Shown one piece after another: positions 33,226 through 43,575 of a stretch of DNA of 64,000 bases. The DNA comes from Rhynchobatus australiae (taxonomy: Eukaryota). The translations under genes were made by a program, and so were the position numbers. Every line of letters starts with the position of its first letter. The stretch's first letter is position 1. The stretch spans positions 74,018,331 through 74,082,330 of the forward strand of contig JAUZTB010000135.1 in NCBI GenBank assembly GCA_034780895.1, written 5' to 3'. Below the pieces are notes generated by a model. It saw nothing but the letters and a program-made list of their open reading frames with translations. It searched no databases and was not told the DNA's origin.

Positions 33226-36200
33226 AACATTTTGAATTGGCTAACAGGTATATGGCCCTATCAGTATGAAGAGCTAGGAAGGACCTAACATTCAATGAGA
33301 AGAAATAATCTTCTTTAAGTTCTAAGTTTTGGTGATAGCTTAACAGTTTGCTGTATATGTATGATGTGTTTCACATATCTAGCTGTTCTTGCAAAAAAGA
33401 ACTTCCCACCTTTTGTGGGGAAGTTAGTATCAGCAGTTTGATCAAGTAGAAATGCATGTATTTTCTGGTTGTATGAAGTTGATTAATTTTTTTTGGATTG
33501 TTTGCATCTTGATTGTAATAAATTGTTGCACTGAATTTTCACCAGTTGACCTATTCATTGACCTGTTTAAAATGTGAACAGGAAGCTTGATCAGACTGGC
33601 AAGTATCAGATGTGAATCTTGCAATTTCTGCAGAATATAGACCAAAGACGTCATGGTGGTAACTTAACATTCCCCTGTCCTTGACCAGAATCTTGTATTT
33701 AGTTCCAGAGATCTTGTGCTGTTGGNNNNNNNTCCCCACAAACAATATAATATTTACAAGATTAATGTTAGAAATTGAAACCATGACTTCTAATATCTAT
33801 ATGCACATAGTTGGTAATTTATGAGCACTGCGTAAAGTGATTTTTGTTGTAGCCTGGTTTGATTGGATTATCTGAATTTGACAATTGAAATATCTTGGTG
33901 TTAAGACTTAAACTTGCAATTTATAAAATACACTCGTTACATATGAAACAGTTGATGACATGAAAATAATGGTTTTCAATGTATGATTCAGTTATTCAGC
34001 AACAGGAATGTTGTCTACAGTTTGTGGCAAGGTGTACTGATGTTATGTCCTGTGTATATACTATTTTGGTGCTATGTAGGTAGGTTCCATATGTTTTTAC
34101 TGGGAAGGTTCAAGGGCAGCAAATGACATTTATGACATTTCTTGAAGTGGGGAGTGAGCTTTAATACTGTGTAAATGAGTCAAGGTTGTATGTATTTTAG
34201 AACTGATATTTCTAGTAAGCATGAGGCAGAATAGAGAGAAAACTCCAGTATCGGAAGTTGTTGAATTGGGTAGAAACTGAGGCTTCAGATCATTTGAGTA
34301 CTGTGAGAGGGTGGGGTCNNNNNNNNNNNNNNNNNNNNNNNNNNNNNNNNNNNNNNNNNNNNNNNNNNNNNNNNNNNNNNNNNNNNNNNNNNNNNNNNNN
34401 NNNNNNNNNNNNNNNNNNNNNNNNNNNNNNNNNNNNNNNNNNNNNNNNNNNNNNNNNNNNNNNNNNNNNNNNNNNNNNNNNNNNNNNNNNNNNNNNNNNN
34501 NNNNNNNNNNNNNNNNNNNNNNNNNNNNNNNNNNNNNNNNNNNNNNNNNNNNNNNNNNNNNNNNNNNNNNNNNNNNNNNNNNNNNNNNNNNNNNNNNNNN
34601 NNNNNNNNNNNNNNNNNNNNNNNNNNNNNNNNNNNNNNNNNNNNNNNNNNNNNNNNNNNNNNNNNNNNNNNNNNNNNNNNNNNNNNNNNNNNNNNNNNNN
34701 NNNNNNNNNNNNNNNNNNNNNNNNNNNNNNNNNNNNNNNNNNNNNNNNNNNNNNNNNNNNNNNNNNNNNNNNNNNNNNNNNNNNNNNNNNNNNNNNNNNN
34801 NNNNNNNNNNNNNNNNNNNNNNNNNNNNNNNNNNNNNNNNNNNNNNNNNNNNNNNNNNNNNNNNNNNNNNNNNNNNNNNNNNNNNNNNNNNNNNNNNNNN
34901 NNNNNNNNNNNNNNNNNNNNNNNNNNNNNNNTAATTGCCTGGAGAGCACTTGGTGCAGTGCTGTCACTAGAATATTGGTAGTGATATTACCTCCTCTACC
35001 TTCCTTCTATCCACTTTATGTATTGCACTGACATATTAAAATACTTAGTGTAAGTAATGAGCTGAAATGAGACTTTGGTTTTTGGTTCATTCTCCACCCT
35101 TTAACTTGAGTCTTTCAAAAATGTGTATTTTCTAGATTTGTACTTAATTTTCTACGAGTAGGCATTCCCCTCCAGAATAAGTGATTAAGGATAATTGCAC
35201 TTGAATATAAAGAAATAGGTCAGTAGGGGCAGATGGTTCTGAAGCTGTTTTGTTTCATGCTGTGTAATTGTACTTGTGAATGTCATAGCGGACCAGAATG
35301 CTCTGAAATGATGTTGAGCAATGTACAGTGTCAAAGTGAGAGATGGTGCTCTTTGTTCAAACTCGTGGTAAAGTACTTAGAAAACCAGTGTGTTTGTCAA
35401 CCCTATTCTTGTTGATAAGAAAGGGGGAAAAAGTAGTGATTAGTGGAATGAGTAGAAGAAACATTTGGCTCTGTTGCTCAAGAAATTGTTTATTTGAGAT
35501 TCATTGAAGTAGAGCTACAAGTACCAACTTGGCTCTGAGATTGTAAATGTTTTGTAAAACAAAACTAAAAGGAGTAATTGGATCACTGGTTCTCAATTCT
35601 CTCTGGTCCTGCAGGGTCAGTTGTTATAATTCTGACTCAATAGAGGTTAGCATTCCCTAATAAATGGTTATCCTGTTTAGGTTTATCTGAATGGTAAAGT
35701 AGTAGTTAAAGAGTAATAGGCTAGAGACTCCAGATGGAGTACGCTCGCACTTAGTCACAAATGGAGCTTGTTACATCACTGGTAATCTGTTTGCCTCGAG
35801 GTGAGTGATGAACCCTGTGGCTGTGCTTCCTTTGTCAGGATCATTTCAAAACTGTGGCCTGGAATCTGTAAATCCATCGTATTGACTACTTGTAAAAGCA
35901 TCTGTGTGGAAAAATACTTATTCTCTGTATTTACCTCAATAACCAGGTATTGCCTGTCAAATAACTACAAGTGAAATATCTTCAATCTAATTATGGTGTT
36001 AGCAGTTGTGTTTAAATTTAATTATAACTAAGTGCAAGGATAAATTTAGATAAATATTTTGGTACAATTAACATTCTAAACTTAGTGCGGGTTATGCATA
36101 TATGCAGACTCTGCTATGATAATTATGGCATGCATTCTATAAACTTCTATTGAAAATGTAATACTATAGAGTAGTTGAATCACCTATAATTCTGCTTGCA

Positions 36201-36670
36201 TTTCTAAACATCTAGGGATGATGAGGTTAAAGACACAGTGGAAGAGGTTGGAATATTTTCTAGGCATTACTGTAGCAGATGGAGTGCTCTGCTGTATTCA
36301 TACAGCTGCTTGCCTGGTGTGGTGGCAGCTGCTGTGGCTGCAATTTCTGTTCTTTTGTTGTTTTGCAACCAAGAATGTANNNNNNNNNNNNNNNNNNNNN
36401 NATTAATTAATGGGCCAGGTTAGTGTTTTCATTGGTTTTGAATCTATTGTGTAGTATACTTTTGGTAGAAATTGTATGCATTAGAATAAGAAAACTACTC
36501 GGTACTATTAGTAATCTTTCTAGAAAGTTTTAACTTTTTAGAATTATTTTGTGTCAGACCATACAAGAGGAAGGGGTCATTTTAACACTGCCTTAATGAT
36601 TGTCTATGTTTGTGTCACGTTATTCATTCCATTTGTCCCCAATTTTATTTTATTTTCATTTTCTCCTTAG

Positions 36671-36857
36671 GATCTCTATCCAGACTTTGCCTGACACTGA
36701 ATTGTCCAAAAGAATTAAGGAAATATGGAGTGACATGCAGGAGATTAGTCATAGGATTTAAGGCTTTCAGGACGTACACCTCGAAGGGAAGCGAGTGAGG
36801 TGAAGCAGAGAATAGTTCACTTTTTGTGCCACTAGGAGAGCTACAAAAACAAGGAAG
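36671..36857 (+). other. CHD7: 5' UTR part of CHD7 exon 2
   Basis: Strong polypyrimidine tract and acceptor ttttattttattttcattttctccttAG ending at 36670, 187 nt upstream of the ATG. Human exon 2 likewise begins with a UTR segment of similar size. Confidence 0.85.
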
Positions 36858-38507
36858 ATGGCAGATCCTGGCATGCTGAGTTTGTTTGGTGATGATGGGA
36901 ACATTTTCAGTGAAGGGCTTGAAGGTCTTGGAGAATGTGGTTTCTCAGAGAATCCAGTGAATGCACTTGGGCAACAACTACCCATGGATCAAGGATTTGG
37001 CTCCATGCAGTCTCCCCTCCATCATCCCCCACCTACTCAGTCTCAAACTAAGCTGACTCATTATGATCATTTTGGTCCGTTTGAACAGCAGAAAATTCAT
37101 CTGGTAGATCAGCCTAACCGAATGATTGGTAATACTCCTGGGAATGGCATGGCATCGCCTCATTCACAATACCACAATCCCTCAGTTCCACCAGTCCCTC
37201 ACAGTGGAGCTCAGATGGGCGTATACCCAACTATGCAGAATGAAAGGTGTGGACAGCAGTTTGTGGACAGCAGTTCCATGTGGGGACCACGTGCTGTCCA
37301 GGTGCCAGACCAGACCCGACCTGCCTTCCAGCAACAGCAGCAGCAACAGCCACCACCTCAGGGGCAAGGGCATGCTCAACATATGCAACAGATGGGGAAT
37401 TACCTGACACGTAGTGATTATTCTTTGCAACAGCACAACCAGCCTCAACAGCAGAGGGTGAACCAATTCACTCAGGCACAAGAGGCCCTCAGTCAGGGAA
37501 ATCCTTTCATGGGAACTTCAGGGCCAGGTCACTTATCCCGCATGCCACAACAAACTCCCAACATGGGCCCTTCCTTGCGTCACACTCCATCACAGCAATA
37601 CCATCCCCATCCCCCTCCACCTAATACTCTCCACGGAGATTCCATTGCTCACAGTCCTAGATTTTCCCCTAGTCCTTCTCAGCAAGCCAGTAGCAGGCAG
37701 CAAAACTTAAATTTTACTTCACGTAGCCAAGCAGTACCTTCACAGTCTGTAAGTAGCTCAGGGCAGTATTCACAATATCCTTATAGTAACATTAATCAGG
37801 GATTAGTTAACAGTAATACAGGGATCAATCAAAACCTAGGCCTTAATAATAACCCATCTGTGAATCAGGCAATACCCCGCTATCCAAATACTGTTGGATT
37901 CCCAGCTGGAACTAGCCAAGGATTAATGCACCAGCAGCCTATACATCCAAGTGGTCCACTTAACCAAATTAATGCACAAACTATGCACCCAACGCAGTCT
38001 CAGGGAACATACGCTTCTCCATCTCCAATGTCACCTATGAAAGCTATGAATAACCCAGCAGGTACCCCTCCACCACAGGTTAGGCCAGGCAGTGCTGGAA
38101 TGCAGCTTGAAGTTGGAAGCTATCCAAACATGCCCCTGCCGCAACAGCCACATCAGTCCCCAGGTACCATTGGACTTGGACAGAGGAGCATGGGTCCCAG
38201 AAGCATTCAGACACCACAGTACATGAGCCCTTCTGTGCCAAGGGATATTGGGAGCCTTCCAAGACCAGTCGGCGCACTGGGCCCCAGTGGGAATCATGCA
38301 GATCAGGTGATGCAAGAACGCATTATGTCTGGCCAACAACACCCAAATCAGCCTTTTCAGCCTCAATTGCCAACTTGTCCACCTGTGAAACAGCATCCAA
38401 CGGTGCACCATCAAACTTCTCCTTCACCTCATCAGCATCAGCCATGGGTACAGTCACAGCATTCATCACCCAAGGCTACATCGCAACAGGTGTATGCCCA
38501 ACATCAG
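36858..38507 (+). CDS. CHD7: Chromodomain-helicase-DNA-binding protein 7, first coding exon (N-terminal Q/P-rich disordered region, 550 codons); gene continues beyond the window
   Basis: Translation [35 protein letters not shown]...[15 protein letters not shown]...[13 protein letters not shown] matches the vertebrate CHD7 N-terminus as I recall it (human [28 protein letters not shown]). Good Kozak context (aagATGg). Ends at CAG|GTGAGT (donor 38508-38513), phase 0, 1650 nt, matching the large exon 2 of vertebrate CHD7. The last 10 aa of the ORF track ([10 protein letters not shown]) are intronic. Confidence 0.97.
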
Positions 38508-39095
38508 GTGAGTGATCTCTCTGAATTATGGCAGTTTTGAATAACAAAAATATGCTCCTTTGCATGTAATTGGCTGTTATAGTATAAAAGCTTATCAACA
38601 TTTCTGTTGATGTTTTGGCATGGGATTGCTAGTGGATTTAATACAATTATCAACTCTGTTGCATGAAATTTTGTTTTACATGCTGCTGGCATTTGTGTTT
38701 TACAAACAGTTGAAGAAAATCTACATGTTAATGTTGTTGAAATGGAGAACATTTATTTCAGCATGGAAATCCACAGGTCAATTAAATGCTCCAGTAACTA
38801 GGATAGTGAGGACTCGGCGTCACTTGCAACAGTATTCAGCAGTGTTGTTGATCTGTGGTTATATCTGTGCCATTTGATATTGTTCATGTCTCTCTTTACA
38901 CTATAAAGTAAAACTAACCTTTTAAAGCTTACAATTGATGTTTTACTAATTTACTATTGAATCCTCCTCTTCACTGCTCTTCATTTGAAGCTTTCCTGGC
39001 ACTTATTCCTTGCGCATCCAGTTCTGCAGTTTCTTTCCATTTCACTGGGAAGCCTGTTTTCTACTCTCTCAATTCCTTTCCCATCTCAACTTCTG

Positions 39096-39386
39096 GCTGA
39101 GGCGGTTAGTGTAATGCTATTACAACACCAGCGACCCGGGTTCAATTCCTGCTGCTGTCTAAGGAGTTTGTATGTTCTCCCTGTATCTGCGTGGGTTTTC
39201 TCTGGGTGCTCCAGTTTCCTCCCATATTCCAAAGACGTACATGTTAGGAAGTTGTGGACATATTATGTTGGTGCCGGAAGAGTGGCAACACTTGCGGGCT
39301 CACCCAGCACATTCTCAGTAACGCAAAAAGGGGCACTTCACTGTATGTTTCAATGTACACGTGACTAATAAATATCTTACCTTATC
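39096..39386 (+). mobile_element. Young V-domain (HE1-type) tRNA-derived SINE
   Basis: B-box gggttcaattcc; V-domain ggagtttgtatgttctccctgtatctgcgtgggttttctctgggtgctccagtttcctccca; tail gtgactaataaatatcttaccttatc. Confidence 0.88.
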
Positions 39387-39729
39387 GGTCTTGTGCATTG
39401 TGCTTATTTCCTTCAAGCTATTTTCTTGAAAGAAATGTATGATCAACTTATTACTCCATCTCCAAACTTCCCCTTCCTTTGAAACTCTTCTGTGTATCGT
39501 AACCTTATGGGTGCTGTTCTGTTAGACTATTCCATCTATTTGGGTGTGTATTATATATTACCAAAGTTCAATTACTGTGTTAATGTTTGGTGATCTATTT
39601 GCTGGGCTTCTTCAGCTCAATGCTGCTAAGGAGCATGTTTTTTATCCATGTTTTTGCTTTAATGGCTATAAATCTAGCTGGCATCACTGGCTGAATGAAG
39701 AGATGGGGGAATCCATGTACAGTTTACCC

Positions 39730-40295
39730 AAGTCTGTCCTTGGCCGCCTCCACTGCCAAGTCAAGGCTAAAGGTAAATTAGAGGAACAGCACCTCTTATT
39801 CTGCCTGTGCATTCTCTAACCTGGCAGCATAAACATCAAATTCTCAAACTTCTGGTAACTACTCCCCCTCTCTTTCCCTTTCTCTTTTCTTTCTCCTCNN
39901 NNNNNNNNNNNNNNNNNNNNNNNNNNNNNNNNNNNNNNNNNNNNNNNNNNNNNNNNNNNNNNNNNNNNNNNNNNNNNNNNNNNNNNNNNNNNNNNNNNNN
40001 NNNNNNNNNNNNNNNNNNNNNNNNNNNNNNNNNNNNNNNNNNNNNNNNNNNNNNNNNNNNNNNNNNNNNNNNNNNNNNNNNNNNNNNNNNNNNNNNNNNN
40101 NNNNNNCCACCTATCACCTGCCAGCCCTTGCTCCACCCCTTCCTTCCACCTTTATGTACTGGCTATCTCCCCTCTTCAATCCAGATTAAGGGTCTCGATA
40201 CAAAACATAGACTGTCCATTTCCCTCCATAGATGCTGCCTGACTTTGAGTTCTTCCAGTATTTTGTGTTGTTCCAGATTCCAGCACCTGCAGCTT
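39730..40295 (+). mobile_element. Penelope-like element 3' remnant (GIY-YIG C-terminus plus pseudo-LTR)
   Basis: Encodes KLEEQHLLFCLCIL*PGSINIKFSNF, similar to the LEEQHLIFRLG.LQP.G.NI.FSNF end of Penelope-type ORFs; followed by ccacctatcacc...tccatagatgctgcctgac...ccagcacctgcag. Confidence 0.75.
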
Positions 40296-41519
40296 GCCTA
40301 GAGCTGGATTTTTCTGTGCTACATCCACTGCATTGCCAAGTTGCTTTCTTCCAACCTTGTGTTGGCTTGACCATGGCCTTTAGAGTTACCAGCCCCATTT
40401 TTCCTCATCTGATACTTTCAATCAAATTCATTTCCCTTGCCTTCTCTCTCCACTAATTTCATTATATTGTCTCTTAAGTCACCTCTTTAGTCTCCCATTT
40501 TAATCTTGGTTTATAATCTTGTTCAAAGTACATTGTTTTCTTCTTTAACATAAAATAGTGTATGACACCTTTCCGAAGTGAAGGTTATTACATAAATATT
40601 GGAGATTATGGAACTCTGTTAAATCCTGAAATTATTGAAAATTTCTATTTTCCCAGTATCTTTGGAGGAGAAACTAGAATGGGTAGTTTCTCTTGGCTTT
40701 ATTTGAAAAGAATGTTAGTTTTCAGTACTTTGTATACTTAAGTTATCAAATTTTGGAAGCTATTGTTGCCTAAAGCTTCTTTAAGGGGGGACTTTGCGAT
40801 TTAAAAAAAATTTGAACATGTTTTGAAAAGTTGCATGTTTGTATCTTGATTAACTTTTTGAGTCATTGATCATCTTGTAGCAAAAATTAAAGCATTAGCA
40901 ATGCCAGCAAAACCCACATTCACTGCAGTGGGTTACATTTGTGTAATATTTTCCTGACAGCCAATATAATACATTAGCTCCAGTATTCAGAGTACATGTT
41001 TAGCTGTTTTAAGAACTGAACAACCCTAAGAAAGCAAAATATCTCATCAGAACTCAAATCCATTTATGATAGTACCTTTTTTGGAATCTGTTTTATCAAA
41101 CAATGAATTACTTGTGCAATTTATGCAAGACTTGTATTTTACCCCTTTGCTTTGAGGCTTAGATATTTTTTGGATGTCATTGAAAATTTTTGAAGGAGCA
41201 GCAAGCACAGTTTGGTTCCATATTATTACTGTTTCCANNNNNNNNNNNNGCTGTAATGTTTTGCAGTATAGATGCAACTGAACTTAATTTTCAACCAAAT
41301 GTCTTTGTCCCATTGATGTATAAAATATGTTAATTATATTATAATTTGGCAGTTATACTTTATATAAGGTTGTATATGTATTTTCACATTGTTACGTGCT
41401 TCATTAATCTTTTACCATTATATTTAAATATCATTGGACTTGTATGTTAGAAGGCTAATGGGATACATGAAATATTTGATTGATTTCTTTGGGGTTTTTT
41501 TTGCTAATGGAAAAAGTGT

Positions 41520-42090
41520 CTTTTTTGTAAAGAAAAGCTAGAAATACTCAGGTCAAGCAACATCTGTAGAAATAGCCAATGTTTTCAGCTGGTGATATTG
41601 CACTAGAACCAGGAAGTGGTAAAAGTCAGGAAGTTTGTTGAAAAGACAGGGTTGGAAGAGAACACTGGGCATGACAGTAATAGGGTGGACACTGTGCCAC
41701 TTTAGAGATGTTGGTGAAAGCATGAAGTATGTTGATTTAGATCTGGTCTCTGGCAGAGGCATAAATGGAGATGAATGTCAACACTGAAAAGTGCTGGAAC
41801 TGAAATTCAGAGCACAGCAGTTACTGGAAATCTGAAATAAAAACTGAAAATACTGGAAATACTCAGCAGGTCAGGCAGCATTGGTGGTGGAAGAAAAATT
41901 GAGTTAACATTGCAGGTTGATGACCTTGCATTAGGACTGACCAATTCTGATACAATCAGCAAAGGCTGCCTTTCCAGTTTGTGCCAGAACTGGTTGGTTC
42001 CAAAGCAATCTGTAATGTTAACTTGGTTCTTCTCTCTCCACTGACCAGTGTTTTCTGTTTTTTAGGTCAGATTCCTAGCATCTTAAGTTT
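41520..42090. mobile_element. Penelope-derived repeats with inverted ends
   Basis: Plus copies at 41540 and 41825; inverted copy at ~42010-42085. Confidence 0.65.
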
Positions 42091-42769
42091 GTTGATATTC
42101 AAAAATTTAACTGCTCTCTTGTTAACCATTTTGAACCTGGCAAAATTTTATTGGTGAAGCAAAACTCTCTCCTCTCTCCTAATCTCTTCATGTTTTGTTC
42201 CTCTTTGCTTATAGCATCATACAATACCTATCAAAGACATAAAGGCAACAAAATAAAGCTTGTTTACTGAAAGGTGTTTGCCTTTTATGGTGTGTTAGTT
42301 TGTTCTACCATGTGTTTGACTAGAGAAATGACTAAGCATTGAATTTAATGTCTTTGAAATATTCACATCAAAAATGTGGGTATTTTTTTAAAAACTAAAC
42401 TTTTTATTTTCCCCCATTAAAATTTAAATGGATCTGCACTGAAGGTTAATTTGTGTAGGATTGTAATAATCACTAAATTGTATCAAATTTAGAATTATTT
42501 TAAGAGATCAAATTTTGTATCATGCATCATCCAGTCCAATAATGGCTTAATACTTTGGAGTCGTAGTTGCTATATAGGTGAATATGGAAATGTATTCTGT
42601 ACATCAATGTTGGTATTTATCGAGAGGAATGACCTCTTAATGAATGTTGAATGATTTAAAAAATAATCTGCCCATCATTGAATAGTGTCACAGGATCTTT
42701 AGTAGCAGCTGAACATTCAAATGAAGCCATGTTTAATGATGCCATCTTGAGTATAGTATCTCTGACAAG

Positions 42770-43575
42770 GAAGCTGAGAAGTGAACTGTGAAGAGGATGC
42801 ATGGTTGTAGAAGAATATTGTCAAAGTTAGTGAGAATTGGCAGGTAAATTATAATCTGGGAAAATAAGAGGCTTATGCACTTCATCAAGAATGGAAAAGC
42901 AGCTTTTTTTAAACAGTGGAAAAACTGGAAATTCGTATTAGGCGGGATCCTGGTGTTCAGAAACTCTAAATATCCAAATACAATGAGCAGTTTGGAATGC
43001 AGATGGTAAGTTGACAATTGTAAAGGGCTAGAGTACAACTTTAAAGAAGTCTTGCTAATTTTTGTATCAGGATTCGGTGAGACCATATTTGAGAACTCAC
43101 TACAATCTTGGTTGCTGTACCTAAGTAAAGACGTACTTGGAGTTGCTGGAAAATACATTCACAGAATCAATTAGTCAGGTGGGAGGGGGGGGGGGAAGGT
43201 CTTCTACTGTGAAGAGAATGAGAGTTTGAGGAAGATTGTCCTATATGCATAGAATGTTTGTGGACATAATGATAGGGAGATTCTAAGAGACTGTTTCTTC
43301 AGGCCGTACAGTCCAGAGCTAGGAAACCCCTTTCTTGAAATTTACAAATGGGATGAAGCAACATTTGTAGTTTTGTAGATCTTATGAATTCACTTTCTCC
43401 AAAGGCTGTTTATGATTTATTGAGTAGATTCAAGTATGAGATCAATAGACTTTGCCACACAAAGTGAATTGGGTTATGTGAGTTGGGCAGGAAAGTGGAT
43501 TTGAACAGGATCTGCCATGAGCTTATTGAGTGGCAAACCTGATGGGCTGTGTGACCTGTCCCCACTTTTGTTAGT
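42770..43575 (+). mobile_element. Degenerate CR1 3' fragment
   Basis: ggtgagaccatatttgagaac, attcaagtatgagatcaatagac, tgatgggctgtgtgacctgtccccac. Confidence 0.7.

Larger units (their letters stand above)
11887..36670 (+). other. CHD7: CHD7 intron 1 (inferred, ~24.8 kb)
   Basis: GT donor at 11887 to AG acceptor at 36670; TE-rich with no coding exons recognised. Confidence 0.55.

Noticed and set aside
36094-36107. Palindrome TGCATATATGCA (POU dimer-like site)
   Set aside because: A 12-bp AT-rich palindrome is expected by chance in 64 kb.
36767-38414. Antisense and alternative-frame ORFs overlapping the CHD7 exon
   Set aside because: Shadows of CAG/CCA-rich codon usage; no independent support.
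38508-38540. ORF-track C-terminus [10 protein letters not shown] as the true protein end
   Set aside because: A consensus donor CAG|GTGAGT sits at the conserved exon boundary, and CHD7 is a multi-exon protein of about 3000 aa.
39096-39160. tRNA gene
   Set aside because: The A/B-box-like sequence is the head of a V-SINE with no complete cloverleaf.
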